In this document: piece after piece, positions 20,065 through 30,325 of the stretch
How the letters are laid out: each line of letters starts with the position of its first letter
How positions within the stretch are numbered: the stretch's first letter is position 1
Source: an uncultured Acidimicrobiia bacterium
GTDB lineage: Bacteria; Acidobacteriota; Terriglobia; Versatilivoradales; Versatilivoraceae
Assembly (NCBI GenBank): GCA_963786955.1
Contig: CAWBAT010000007.1
Span: 169,346 to 233,345, forward strand
Length of the DNA stretch: 64,000 nt
Direction: 5' to 3'
Program-made: the position numbers and the translations under genes
Notes under the pieces: generated by a model
The model's database searches: none
Told to the model about the DNA's origin: nothing
The model's input: the letters and a program-made list of their open reading frames with translations, nothing else

Positions 20065-21455
20065 TCCACTTGCCTTGACATGACTTCCAACTCCTTTCGA
20101 GTATGGATCTCTTGCGCCTTCACGTCTAATTTTCTGGCGAAATTTTGAACGAACGCATTATTCAGGCGCCAGATATTGGCCACGAAAGAGGGTCTCATGA
20201 AAAAACGCGCAAAAGCGGCGCCAAGTAAAAAGGAGAGTTCCTCCGGTTTCAGATTGGGGTGTTTGAATGTTGGCGTATATCCATTGAATTTTTCCCAATC
20301 CTTCTCATAGACTAAAGGCTCTATCTGTTTCCATAAAGGAGTACCGGGATATGGGGTCAGTAATTTGAATAGGGCATAGGTGGAATCCAAGCTTATCGAA
20401 TACTCGATGGTGGCGGAAATAGAGCTCCACGTGTCGGTCAAGAACCCGAGAACGTAAAAGGCGACCGTCCCAATCCCCATGCGCTTACAGGTTGCAATAA
20501 TGGCTTTGGCGTGCGCGGGGGCGATGGGGGTTCGTGCGACTTTTCGCAGAATCTCGGGTGACACCGACTCGACTCCGAAATTGATGCGTCTGAGTCCGGA
20601 CGCATACAGTTTCTTCAAGAGGTCTTCATCCAGGCGGTCCAGCCGGGTCTCACATTCATAATGTAACTTGAGCTTTCGAAACTGGATCTCATCAGCCAAG
20701 TGGACGCAACGCTCCCTTTGGAAAGTAAACAGAGGATCACGAAAAACGACATAGGGATTGGGATGCCGCTCACACAATGCCTCCAGTTCATCTACGATGT
20801 TCTTGACGCTGCGTGCCCGATAGCTTGCAAGGATGCGGTGTGGACAATAGGTGCAGAACTCCGGGCAACTCCGGCTGGACATCAAGGAAAAAGAGCCCCC
20901 GCCGAGTTGGTCTCTTAGACCGATTTTTTGCCAGACGTCCGGAATCTTCTCAATCAGATCCCAGCGGGCATAAGGGATTGAATCCAGATCTGCGATGGCG
21001 GGGCTTGGCGTTAACCCGCCTAAGGTCTCACCAGCAGCCAAACGCATGATGGCGGCTTCGGGTTCGCCTTGAATCACGAAGTCTGAATGATCCAGGAAGA
21101 GTTGAGAAAGCTTGGAAGCTGCCAAGCCGACGAAACCGACGCGAACCCCTTTTTGCCGTGCCTCGTCGGCCCACCTGGTCTCGTGCTTGTAATCCACCAG
21201 AGACGATAAAACAATGGCCACATCTGCTTCGACCAGCTTGTCGGATGTGGCGACGACCTCATGACCCGCTTCCGCCAAAATTCCTGCAATGGTCGCCATT
21301 TGAACGCTGGGCACCTGATGAAAATTGCGTTTAAAGTGGCAATATAGCCTGGTTGTTTTTGAAAAAGGGCTCATCCTTGAGCCATAACCACCAACCACAG
21401 TATCTTTGACGACATATCCATGTTTTGACATCAAGTCAGCCAAAAGAATCCGCAT
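20058..21455 (-). CDS. B12-binding-type radical SAM protein
   Basis: GEPE, SRSCPEFCTYC (CxxxCxxC), FGVES, TPYPGT. Confidence 0.9.
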   Translation of the reverse strand: MRILLADLMSKHGYVVKDTVVGGYGSRMSPFSKTTRLYCHFKRNFHQVPSVQMATIAGILAEAGHEVVATSDKLVEADVAIVLSSLVDYKHETRWADEARQKGVRVGFVGLAASKLSQLFLDHSDFVIQGEPEAAIMRLAAGETLGGLTPSPAIADLDSIPYARWDLIEKIPDVWQKIGLRDQLGGGSFSLMSSRSCPEFCTYCPHRILASYRARSVKNIVDELEALCERHPNPYVVFRDPLFTFQRERCVHLADEIQFRKLKLHYECETRLDRLDEDLLKKLYASGLRRINFGVESVSPEILRKVARTPIAPAHAKAIIATCKRMGIGTVAFYVLGFLTDTWSSISATIEYSISLDSTYALFKLLTPYPGTPLWKQIEPLVYEKDWEKFNGYTPTFKHPNLKPEELSFLLGAAFARFFMRPSFVANIWRLNNAFVQNFARKLDVKAQEIHTRKELEVMSRQVEC

Positions 21456-21664
21456 TATTCCCTCTCATTTCGAATGGCATTAGATTGTGTATCGAGGAAG
21501 AACATTTGCAAATCTGCTCTTCGTGAATGCTTAATTTTCAGTAGGAAGTCATAAAGCCACTTCCCATGACATCGGAAAGGAGACCCATTAGATCCGCCAA
21601 GAAACACAGATTCAACGTCTAGAACGGTGAACCCTGTTATTCAGGCGAATCTCGCCTGTTCTTA

Positions 21665-22093
21665 TTAGGCTGTCGGAGTTTCGGGAGTCAAAGAAGGGGG
21701 TGGCCGATCAAAAAGGAAGAGAACAATTCCGTGCTGCACATGTTCAACCCTGGTTTCGGGGATTAGGATTTCGCAAAGGTCGCTTGGGACCAGAAGATCA
21801 CAAATCTCCAAACACGCCGAAGGGATAGCTTCATCGTCACCATCGAAATCCTCGTCAATCGTCGAGTAAAACTCAAGAATTCGAAAGGAAAATTGAAAGT
21901 TGGAGCGAACCGGTCGAACGGCGTCAAAAACACTGATTTCCTCGAATGATCTCAGGGTTGGAACTCTGTCTTCGGCCAAACGAATGGGCGTGCATTGAGC
22001 TGCCAAAAGGAAGAACAAAAGTAAAGAAAAGGCCCAGAATGCTGAGGGCAGGTGTTCTTGGAAGAATCGCTTCGGGATAAAGAACTGTGTCAT
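21665..22093 (-). CDS. Hypothetical membrane-targeted leader protein ending in RPPP
   Basis: Hydrophobic N-terminus (FWAFSLLLFFLLAAQC), acidic middle, DRPPP 9 aa before the stop. Confidence 0.6.
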   Translation of the reverse strand: MTQFFIPKRFFQEHLPSAFWAFSLLLFFLLAAQCTPIRLAEDRVPTLRSFEEISVFDAVRPVRSNFQFSFRILEFYSTIDEDFDGDDEAIPSACLEICDLLVPSDLCEILIPETRVEHVQHGIVLFLFDRPPPSLTPETPTA

Positions 22094-22204
22094 GATGAGT
22101 TTCTCACGCTCAACACAGGCTCAAGTGTCATTCGCTGGAGCCTGTCCAAATTCTTCTGCCCAAAGGCTATGCTATTGAAATGCTTGGAACTTAGCACACA
22201 CTCA

Positions 22205-22233
22205 ACACTAGTCCAATCCATTGGGAGTGTCAA
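22205..22233 (-). promoter_or_regulatory. Sigma70 promoter for the leader/radical SAM operon
   Basis: TTGACA-17 bp-TAGTGT; spacer contains the inverted repeat CCAAT-GG-ATTGG. Confidence 0.65.
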
Positions 22234-22284
22234 CCTGGAAACGACCTGAAAAGGACGCAGTGGCAGAACTTGCATCTCATATAA

Positions 22285-22348
22285 TTCTGCTTTGAGGTTC
22301 TCCCAACCCAATAGAAAAAAGCCACCATCAGGCAGGGTCGCAAAACGG
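22285..22348 (-). repeat. Degenerate copy of the dedA 3' end (18249-18312)
   Basis: 53/64 identical by manual ungapped alignment; translates VLRPCLMVAFFYWVGRTSKQ vs VLPACLIIVFFYWIGKTSKQ. Confidence 0.8.
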
Positions 22349-22416
22349 CATCCTCGAGCCGTCAAAACCGGGATGATTGATGACTGAATCGATATCTACG
22401 AAGACGGGCGTGAAAT

Positions 22417-25400
22417 TCACTCTGCCGGGATCTCAACTCCAGCGGTTGCAGGGCGGCGCCGAAATATCGTCCCGACCTTCTTCTGGAAGGAATCCAAATA
22501 GATGTAATAAACGGGAGTGATATACAGGGTAATCAGCTGAGAAACCACCAAGCCGCCTACCACGGCAAGACCCAGGGGGCGCCGCGCTTCTGAGCCCGCG
22601 CCAAAGCCAAGCGCAATGGGCAGAGTGCCCATCAGGGCAGCCACAGTGGTCATCATGATGGGACGGAAGCGAACGAGGCAGCCTTCGTAGATCGCATCCA
22701 CAGTATTCTTTCCTTCGATTCTTTCTGCCTCCAAGGCGAAGTCAATCATCATGATGGCGTTTTTCTTAACAATACCGATCAGCATGATGATTCCGACAAA
22801 CCCGTAAAGGTCGAGCGGATATTTGAAGTACATCAGCGTGAGGATGGCTCCCAGCCCGGCCGAGGGCAGACCTGAAAGAATGGTCAGAGGGTGAATTAAG
22901 CTCTCATAAAGGACACCGAGCAAGACGTAAATCACCATTATAGTTAGCGTCAGTAAGAGGCCCAGGCCGACGAGCGATGCTTGATAAGCCTGGGCCTCTC
23001 CCTGAAAGCTAGCGCTGATTGCACCTGACAAAGTGTTACGCGCGAGGTTCTCTACGTCCTTCACGGCGTCACCCAAGGCGACGCCGGGCTTGAGTCCGAA
23101 ACTAAGCGTGACAGAGGGGAGCTGTCCTGTATGGTTGATCACGAGAGGCCCTAAGCTTTGAGTTAACCTGGCCACAGCACTCAGGGCCACTAGTTGACCG
23201 GTCGAAGACCGGATATAAAGCGAGGAAAGAGTGGTCGGGTCTCTTTGGTACTGGGGCTCAAGCTCCATGATGACTTTGTACTCATTGTCAGGTCTAAAGA
23301 TAGTTGAAACCTGCCGGTCGCCAAAAGCGGAGGCAAGAGCGTCTTCCACCTGAAAAGCCGTAACGCCCAGGGCTGAGGCCTTGTCGCGGTCGATTTCGAC
23401 ATTCACTTGAGGGTTTGCGATCTGGAGGTCGGTGTTGACATCTTGAAGAGATTGAATCTGGCTCATTGCAGACAAGAGTTTTCCGGACTCCCTGTAGAGT
23501 TGCTGGGAGTCTGTGCCTTGCAGGGTAAACTGATAAGGGCTCTTGGTAAGCCGGCCCCCGATTTCAATGGCCGGTGGGTTTTGCATGAAAGCCATTATTC
23601 CCGGGACCGTCATGAGCTTTGGACGCAAATAGTTGATAACCTCGTCCGTACTCATACGGCGCACAGGATGAGGCTTAAGATGGCAGAAAAAGATACCTGA
23701 GTTTCCGGCGGATCCGGCAAAACCTGCGCCAGCCAAAGAAAACGTGGTTTCAACATTGGGGTCCTGAGTCACGATGGAGGTTATGGCCAATTGGTGCTCC
23801 CTCATCGAGTCAACGGAAATGCCCTGCGCCGCCTGCGTGAAACCAATAATTAGACCGGAATCTTCACTCGATAGAAACCCCTTGGGAATACGGAAAAAGA
23901 CGTAAACCGTGGCGATTAAAAGCAACATTGACATTATGAAGGTTAAAAAGCGATGCCTGAGGACCCCTCTAAGACTCCAGTCATAGGCTCTAAGCCAAAC
24001 CTGAAAAAACCGTTCTGAGGCGGCATACACGCGACCATGCTTCTCCGTGCCGGGTGGACGGACGAATCGGCTGCAAAGCATAGGTGTGAGAGTAAGGGAA
24101 ACAAAGCCCGAAACCAGAACCGCCGTGGCGATGGTTACAGCAAATTCGTGGAGAAGGCGGCCCAGGATTCCTCCTAAGAAGAGGACTGGGATAAAGACGG
24201 CAGCCAAGGAAAGCGTCATGGAGAGAATTGTAAAGCTGATCTCTTTTGAGCCGTTGAGCGCAGCTTCAAGAACTCCTTCCCCTCGTTCCATATGCCGGAC
24301 AATGTTCTCCAGCATGACGATGGCATCGTCCACCACGAATCCTACAGAAAGGGTCAATGCCATGAGCGATAAATTGTCTACCGTGTACCCGAGGAGATAC
24401 ATGACCGCAAAGGTGCCAATGATGGATACCGGGAGCGCCAGGCTGGGTATGACCGTAGCCGACAGGTTCCGGAGGAAGAGAAAGATGACCATGACCACGA
24501 GGGCGACGGTGAGATAAAGTGTAAACTTGACGTCCTCGATCGAGTCGCGAATGGTTTTGGATCGGTCATAGAGAATGTCCATGTGCACTGAAGCGGGGAT
24601 TTGTGACCGGAAGCTGGGGAGCAACTTCTTGATGTTATCCACTACCTCGACCGTGTTTGTGCCGGGCTGGCGGCGGATTGCAAGGACTTCCGCCCGGGTG
24701 GTATTAAACCAGTTGGCGACCTTGTTATTCTGGACACTGTCGATAACCCGGCCAAGTTGTTCGAGCCGCACGGGGGAACCGTTGCGATAAGCGACAATCA
24801 AAGGACGGTAGGCTGCCGCGTCGGTAAGCTGGCCAGTGGCTTGTAAGCTAAAGGCTTTGTGGGCACCGGTCAGCAGTCCGGTCGGAAGGTTCACATTGCC
24901 GCGTTGAATTGACGCTGTCACTTCATCAATACCGATGCCGCGGGCATTGAGCGCTTTGGGATCAAGCTGAACGCGCACGGCGTACTTTTGTTCACCATAA
25001 ACCTGAACCTGGGCCACTCCCTTCACCATCGAAATACGTTGTGCCATGAGGGTGTCTGCGTATTTGTGCACCGTGGAGAGAGGAAGTGTGGGGGAGCTGA
25101 CTGACATGTAAATGATCGGCTGGTCGGCGGGATTGACCTTAAAATAGGAGGGCGGGGCAGGCATATCCCTTGGTAGTTCACCTGCTGCCCCGGAGATCGC
25201 GGCCTGCACGTCTTGCGCGGCGGCGTCGATATTCCGACTCAGATCGAATTGCAACGTGACTGAAGTAAAACCCTGTGTGTTAACCGAACTCATTGAGTCC
25301 AGCCCCGCGATTGTGGAAAACTGCCGTTCCAGGGGGATGGCGACAGCAGATGCCATCGTCTCAGCGTTTGCCCCAGGGAGGCTGGCACCCACCTGGATGG

Positions 25401-25530
25401 TCGGGTAGTCCACGTTCGGAAGGTCGTTGACAGGAAGAAGCCGGTAGGCCAGGATGCCGAAAAGTAGAATCGAAGCTGTCACCAGCCCGGTCATGATGGG
25501 GCGGCGGATAAAGAGTTCAGCAAGGTTCAT
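22417..25530 (-). CDS. RND efflux permease (AcrB/MdtBC-like)
   Basis: 1037 aa; GFVVDDAIVMLEN, GIVKKNAIMMIDFA, RFRPIMMTT. Confidence 0.95.
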   Translation of the reverse strand: MNLAELFIRRPIMTGLVTASILLFGILAYRLLPVNDLPNVDYPTIQVGASLPGANAETMASAVAIPLERQFSTIAGLDSMSSVNTQGFTSVTLQFDLSRNIDAAAQDVQAAISGAAGELPRDMPAPPSYFKVNPADQPIIYMSVSSPTLPLSTVHKYADTLMAQRISMVKGVAQVQVYGEQKYAVRVQLDPKALNARGIGIDEVTASIQRGNVNLPTGLLTGAHKAFSLQATGQLTDAAAYRPLIVAYRNGSPVRLEQLGRVIDSVQNNKVANWFNTTRAEVLAIRRQPGTNTVEVVDNIKKLLPSFRSQIPASVHMDILYDRSKTIRDSIEDVKFTLYLTVALVVMVIFLFLRNLSATVIPSLALPVSIIGTFAVMYLLGYTVDNLSLMALTLSVGFVVDDAIVMLENIVRHMERGEGVLEAALNGSKEISFTILSMTLSLAAVFIPVLFLGGILGRLLHEFAVTIATAVLVSGFVSLTLTPMLCSRFVRPPGTEKHGRVYAASERFFQVWLRAYDWSLRGVLRHRFLTFIMSMLLLIATVYVFFRIPKGFLSSEDSGLIIGFTQAAQGISVDSMREHQLAITSIVTQDPNVETTFSLAGAGFAGSAGNSGIFFCHLKPHPVRRMSTDEVINYLRPKLMTVPGIMAFMQNPPAIEIGGRLTKSPYQFTLQGTDSQQLYRESGKLLSAMSQIQSLQDVNTDLQIANPQVNVEIDRDKASALGVTAFQVEDALASAFGDRQVSTIFRPDNEYKVIMELEPQYQRDPTTLSSLYIRSSTGQLVALSAVARLTQSLGPLVINHTGQLPSVTLSFGLKPGVALGDAVKDVENLARNTLSGAISASFQGEAQAYQASLVGLGLLLTLTIMVIYVLLGVLYESLIHPLTILSGLPSAGLGAILTLMYFKYPLDLYGFVGIIMLIGIVKKNAIMMIDFALEAERIEGKNTVDAIYEGCLVRFRPIMMTTVAALMGTLPIALGFGAGSEARRPLGLAVVGGLVVSQLITLYITPVYYIYLDSFQKKVGTIFRRRPATAGVEIPAE

Positions 25531-25539
25531 GCGGCTGCC

Positions 25540-26721
25540 TTATTCCGACTTCGAGTTGCCAACTTCGCCAGAATTCAAACTCCCTTTCAGTTCCACTTTC
25601 GCGCCGGGAAAGAGCAAAAGATGACCGTCCGTCACTACCTTTTCCCCCGGCTGCAGACCCTTATCAATTACTGTTTCAGCGCCGATCGTTGCTCCTGCGA
25701 CGACTGGCCTGGAGTCCACGGTGAGGTTCTGGCCAACGACAAAAACATAGTGGCCAGCCTGCCCGGTCTGCACTGCCTGGGTTGGGGCGACAACAGAGTT
25801 GGGCCGAGAAGTGAGTCTCAGAATCACATTAACGAATTGCCCCGGCCATAGGCGCTTTTCAATATTTTGAAACGTCCCTCGCAAAAGAATGCTTCCCGTC
25901 GTGCTATCGACCGTGTTGTTGAAGAAAGTAAGCAGGCCCTGCTCGGGTCGAGACTCATCCTGGGGCGGGATCGCTTCGATCTTAAGCTTGCCCCGCGCCT
26001 GGTATTGCTTGATCTGCTGCAAGTACTGTTCTGGAACGGAAAAGTTGACATAAAGGGGGCTGACCTGGTTGATCTCGATCAGTGCTGTGTCGTTGGCTTT
26101 AACAATGTTTCCCTGGTGAACCAGCAGCTTGCCAGTTCGACCGGTCAGCGGAGAATGAATGGAGCAATATGCAAGCTGTATCTTCACATACTCCACCGCC
26201 GCTTGATCAGCGCGGACGGCTCCTGCCAGCGCACCGGCGTTGCTACGGAATTGGTCGTGTTGTTCTCTGGATATCAGTCCGTCTTCATACAGCTTTTGGG
26301 CACGATCTGCCTGAGCCTGCGCATTCTTTTCCTGGGCCAGGTCTCGAGCCAAATTGGCTTCTGCCTGCTTTAGGGCAGAGTCAAAGGGGCGAGGATCGAT
26401 TGCAAAGAGGAGATCTCCTTCTCGCACATCCTGACCTTCCTGGAAGTAGACGCCGTGCAATTGCCCGTCCACTTGGGACTTAACGACGACTGTGGAATAT
26501 GCCTCGCCGTTTCCAATGACGCGTACTTCGATCGGAACAGTCTTTTGAGTCACCGTTGCAACTGTCACCGGGACCGCAAAATTCATGTCGGCCTGAGCAG
26601 CCTCTCCGGGGACACCGTTGCGGGAACAGGCTGGCCCGAACAATACTGCAACGAGCATGAGAAAGAGCCAAGCCGCTGGTCTGCGTCGGCGAAAATACGT
26701 GTTCAAATAATTGAATAACAT
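25540..26721 (-). CDS. RND periplasmic adaptor (MdtA-like), likely lipoprotein
   Basis: LFGPAC lipobox-like; GQDVREGDLL, SPLTGRTG, LWPGQFVNV; GGAGG RBS before ATG 26721. Confidence 0.92.
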   Translation of the reverse strand: MLFNYLNTYFRRRRPAAWLFLMLVAVLFGPACSRNGVPGEAAQADMNFAVPVTVATVTQKTVPIEVRVIGNGEAYSTVVVKSQVDGQLHGVYFQEGQDVREGDLLFAIDPRPFDSALKQAEANLARDLAQEKNAQAQADRAQKLYEDGLISREQHDQFRSNAGALAGAVRADQAAVEYVKIQLAYCSIHSPLTGRTGKLLVHQGNIVKANDTALIEINQVSPLYVNFSVPEQYLQQIKQYQARGKLKIEAIPPQDESRPEQGLLTFFNNTVDSTTGSILLRGTFQNIEKRLWPGQFVNVILRLTSRPNSVVAPTQAVQTGQAGHYVFVVGQNLTVDSRPVVAGATIGAETVIDKGLQPGEKVVTDGHLLLFPGAKVELKGSLNSGEVGNSKSE

Positions 26722-27050
26722 TCCGAACCGAGTCCTCCCTTTCTGCGCGGAGTGTATCTCAGCTCCGGCTCGGTGTCTATCAGGACGACCGGGTATGAAC
26801 CAATCCCGAACTGGCGCTGGGGCGGAGCTTGCATCCATCTAATTCGGAGGCTAAAATCAAAAACAGGCCGCCGCTGGGGGGGAATCAAGATAAAACCCAC
26901 TTTGGCAGGGAAATCATAGGAGGGGTTACTCGGGGGCGACCCGAAGGCTCCGGGTTGTAGCCGGTCTTGCGCAAGCCAGGTGAGGTCAAGGTAAACCGAT
27001 GCCACAGTCATTGCAAATTAGGTCCCGCTCTAGCGATATAGGAGGATAAT

Positions 27051-27545
27051 GTGTTGAATGCTCAAGAAATAGGAACTGCCTTCCTCAGTCAGGCACGATC
27101 GCATCTCAAGCATGACTTCATGCCGAAGATCGAGAAATGTTTTGAGCTGATCAATGAGAGTGATGTCTGGTGGCGTTCTCATGAAACTAACAACAGCATT
27201 GGGAATCTCGCGTTACACCTAGCCGGGAATGTCCGCCAATGGATTATCTCCGGGGTAGGAGGCCAGCCAGACGTCCGTGAGCGACAAAAGGAATTTGCCC
27301 AACGGGAGGCTCTGCCCAAGGAGAAACTTTGGTCCGCCCTAGAGCGTACTGTGGAAGAATCAGATCAAGTATTGGCAAATTTCCCCGTTGAGAGACTGAT
27401 GGAAAAAAGAGTCATGCAGGGTTTTGACCAGACGGCATTGCAGGCTATTTTTCATGTCGTGGAACACTTCTCCTTCCACACCGGGCAGATCATCTACATC
27501 ACGAAACTTCGCAAAGGTATTGATCTGAAGTTTTACAATCTTTGA
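27051..27545 (+). CDS. DinB/DUF1572 family protein
   Basis: NSIGNLALHLAGNVRQWI, HVVEHFSFHTGQIIY. Confidence 0.88.
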   Translation: MLNAQEIGTAFLSQARSHLKHDFMPKIEKCFELINESDVWWRSHETNNSIGNLALHLAGNVRQWIISGVGGQPDVRERQKEFAQREALPKEKLWSALERTVEESDQVLANFPVERLMEKRVMQGFDQTALQAIFHVVEHFSFHTGQIIYITKLRKGIDLKFYNL

Positions 27546-27555
27546 AGAGACACCG

Positions 27556-27680
27556 GAAAGCAGAAGGCGGGAAGCGGAATGCAGACGGCATAAGGCAGCA
27601 AGCAGAAGGTGGAGAGCAGAGGGCAGAAAGCAGAATGCAGAAATCAAAAGGCAACAGGGTGAAAGCAGTGGGGCGAAGGC
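27556..27680. repeat. Degenerate 7-nt tandem repeat tract (GCAGAAR-like)
   Basis: GCAGAAG GCGGGAA GCGGAAT GCAGACG GCATAAG GCAGCAA GCAGAAG... between convergent genes. Confidence 0.75.
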
Positions 27681-27691
27681 GCTTCCTTCGA

Positions 27692-28192
27692 CTAATGGCT
27701 GAAGAATCGCTTGATAGTGCGAGGGAAAGAGGGACTGGTTCGAAGCTGCACTCGAATCTCTGTGCTCTGACTCGAAACCACTTGGACTTCGCGAGTCTGG
27801 TCACCTAATTGAGGATGACTCACATGGACTCGAAAGCGTCCTGAATCTAGCGTGCTGCTCACCGCGCCGGACGAGTTCGGTGTCAATGTGGCAACGAGGG
27901 TTCCTTGCAGGGTTAAGATTTCAACCGTTGCATCAGGTAAGGCTTTTCCTGTTTTGGCATCTTGTACAATGGTTACGAGTTCTCCTTTGCCATGCACCGA
28001 TTTCAAAAGATTCGGAATCGCAATGAGAGCACCGGTGATCGAAATGATGCCAGCGGCAAGACTGACCAAAGTCTGAACCCTTGAAAGAGACAACTTCAGC
28101 CCCTTCCGAGCGCTCCCTGGCGGAATAGGACCCGGTCCTGGACCCTTGCCCTGGTCTTTCCCTAACCCTAAGATATTGAACCGCTTACTCAT
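27692..28192 (-). CDS. Membrane-anchored carboxypeptidase-regulatory-like domain protein
   Basis: One TM segment, then VQDAKTGKALPDATVEI...GRFRVHVSHP; start at MSKRF with a GAGGG RBS. Confidence 0.7.
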   Translation of the reverse strand: MSKRFNILGLGKDQGKGPGPGPIPPGSARKGLKLSLSRVQTLVSLAAGIISITGALIAIPNLLKSVHGKGELVTIVQDAKTGKALPDATVEILTLQGTLVATLTPNSSGAVSSTLDSGRFRVHVSHPQLGDQTREVQVVSSQSTEIRVQLRTSPSFPRTIKRFFSH

Positions 28193-28432
28193 ATCCCTCT
28201 TCCCGCAGCCTACATATTTTGTATCGACAATAACGGGTCTCTTCCGTAATTGAATTTTCTCATTTTCTCGCCGTATTGAGGGGGAGGCCCTGCTAGCATT
28301 AAAGTTTTCGAGCCGTGGAAGTTTCATAATCGGCTTGCCGATAGAAGTGATAGAAGTCTCTCGCATTGCTGACCTTGGCAGTGAGCGGGTGGAAAGATTT
28401 TCGTGGGGATTGCAAGGAGACAGTTAAGAGAA

Positions 28433-30325
28433 ATGGAGAAGATCTTGGGCTGGAGATGCTCTGTTGCACTTCGTGTGCTCATTCTCGGAATAGCCTCCAT
28501 TTCCTATGCCCAGCAAATCCGACCATCGACCGCACCAACAGCGGATTTGTCCTCTCTATTGCAGACTCTGAAGGAAAACGTGGGGCTCTCAGGGAATATC
28601 GTGCTCTCACTTGAAACCCAGAAGAAGATTTCTGAACTCGGCAAGAGAGAACCTCAAGCGGTAGTACCCATTATCATTGGAGAATTGAAAGCCTCACGCG
28701 TCTCCAGTCAGAAGACGCTGAATTATCGCATGGCCCTAATCTCAGTGCTTGAGGAGATCGGCCCCGCCGCAGAGGCGGCAGTCCCGGTTCTCACCGAAAT
28801 TGTTCAAAACGAAAAGGAACGGAATGACTTTATTTTGCTCAAAGCTCGAATGGCTTTGAGAGCAATCGGAACTCCTCCGGCCCGGCAAACCAGCCAAGCG
28901 GCCGAACAGAAGAACGTAGAGCAGTGGCTACGAAAGTCATCCCCGGAAGCAGTTGCGGAAGCTGTTGCCCAACACGCCTATCTCATTCGCCGAGAACTCC
29001 GCAGCCCTCAAATGAGCGAAGAAATGATTGAGGCCTCCGTCACAGCCCTCCTCCCCATGGGGTCACAGGCCGGGCAGGCGACGCCTACTCTTCTCCGCGC
29101 CTGGCAAGACCCGCGAGTCGGCGATAAACTGCGCTCACAGATTACCCGCTCTCTCACCACCGCTGGTGTCAAAGACATACAAGCCGCATCCAAACGGGAA
29201 CGGAGTCAAAGAGCAGCTGAAGGGGATCACGTCGATGAGATAATCATCGATGTCCGAAGTAACACCCCATTGGTAAGCACGATGGCCATGCAGGAACTGG
29301 GTGCCCTGGGGCCGACGGAAAAAGTAATTGACGTCTTGATTCAGTCACTGAAGGAGAAGAAGAACCCCGGGCAGGCCGCCCTCATTCTAGGAGGGCTTGG
29401 TTCGGCGGCCGGGAGAGCTGTCCCTGCGCTGTTGCCTTACCTTTCGGACCAGACCGCTGGGCCTAACGTCATCCAGGCACTGGGTCGAATCGGAGTCGGA
29501 GACGACGCGGCAATTGCTGGTTTAAGAAAAATAGTCGCCGACGAGAAGAGTCCCTATCGTGGGCTGGCGGCCTCTTCTCTTGGGGTTCTAAAGTCTTCTA
29601 GTGCTGTACCTGAATTACGGTTGGCTTTGTCGGCACCTGAAAAGTACACACGGATTCTGGCGGCAAACGCCTTGGCTGCACTTGGCTCAGAGGCAACGCC
29701 AGCGATTCCGGATTTGATCGGCCTCCTCAAAGACCCCGATCCCGATATCAGGGTGAGTGCCGTGGAAGCACTGGGAATGATTGGACCGACTGCAGCGGCA
29801 GCCGTTCCCCAAATTGAAAGGCAATTGCAATTTCCTGACCGTCGCTTGAAAGAGAGCTCAGTGGCAGCCCTGGAGAGGATTGGGGGAACGGAGGCTCAAG
29901 CGGCACTGGAACGTGATGCACTCCGCTATGCTGCCGTCGATCGGATTGAATTCAAGCGCTTGAAACAGGCGGGAAAATACGAAGACCTACAACGCTTTGC
30001 CACGGCGCTTCCTCGGACTCGCCGCATTCAGCTTGCGCGCGTCCTGTTGAAAGACCCGGATGCAGCCGTCAGTTACACCGGTGCAGAAGTATTGATCACA
30101 GAAGGCCTGGAAATGGAAACTGTTCCAACCCTGGCGACCCTTCTTCTCAAAGCCACGAGCGGCTCGACCGGCCGGCCTGACCACGACTGGCTGGCTCTTG
30201 ACAGTGGACAACTTTTTAGCCGGATGAAGCGCGAGATTTGTAATTACTTTGAAGTCAACCTCGGCCGCTATTCGACCGAGGAGCAAGAACGCATCAGGAA
30301 GCAGCTCTGTCCTCCTTCCAAGTAG
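28433..30325 (+). CDS. Secreted HEAT/PBS-lyase repeat protein
   Basis: Repeats such as ALGMIGPTAAAAVP and IPDLIGLLKDPDPDIRVSAVEAL. Confidence 0.85.
   Translation: MEKILGWRCSVALRVLILGIASISYAQQIRPSTAPTADLSSLLQTLKENVGLSGNIVLSLETQKKISELGKREPQAVVPIIIGELKASRVSSQKTLNYRMALISVLEEIGPAAEAAVPVLTEIVQNEKERNDFILLKARMALRAIGTPPARQTSQAAEQKNVEQWLRKSSPEAVAEAVAQHAYLIRRELRSPQMSEEMIEASVTALLPMGSQAGQATPTLLRAWQDPRVGDKLRSQITRSLTTAGVKDIQAASKRERSQRAAEGDHVDEIIIDVRSNTPLVSTMAMQELGALGPTEKVIDVLIQSLKEKKNPGQAALILGGLGSAAGRAVPALLPYLSDQTAGPNVIQALGRIGVGDDAAIAGLRKIVADEKSPYRGLAASSLGVLKSSSAVPELRLALSAPEKYTRILAANALAALGSEATPAIPDLIGLLKDPDPDIRVSAVEALGMIGPTAAAAVPQIERQLQFPDRRLKESSVAALERIGGTEAQAALERDALRYAAVDRIEFKRLKQAGKYEDLQRFATALPRTRRIQLARVLLKDPDAAVSYTGAEVLITEGLEMETVPTLATLLLKATSGSTGRPDHDWLALDSGQLFSRMKREICNYFEVNLGRYSTEEQERIRKQLCPPSK

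Noticed and set aside
26703-27011. Minus-strand ORF with a QAPP motif upstream of the RND adaptor, a possible second arrest leader
   Set aside because: The motif is mid-ORF, there is no signal or TM segment and no RBS; likely spurious
27556-27680. CRISPR array, or coding ORFs over the repeat tract
   Set aside because: 7-nt degenerate period without spacers, no cas genes; overlapping ORFs are low-complexity artefacts
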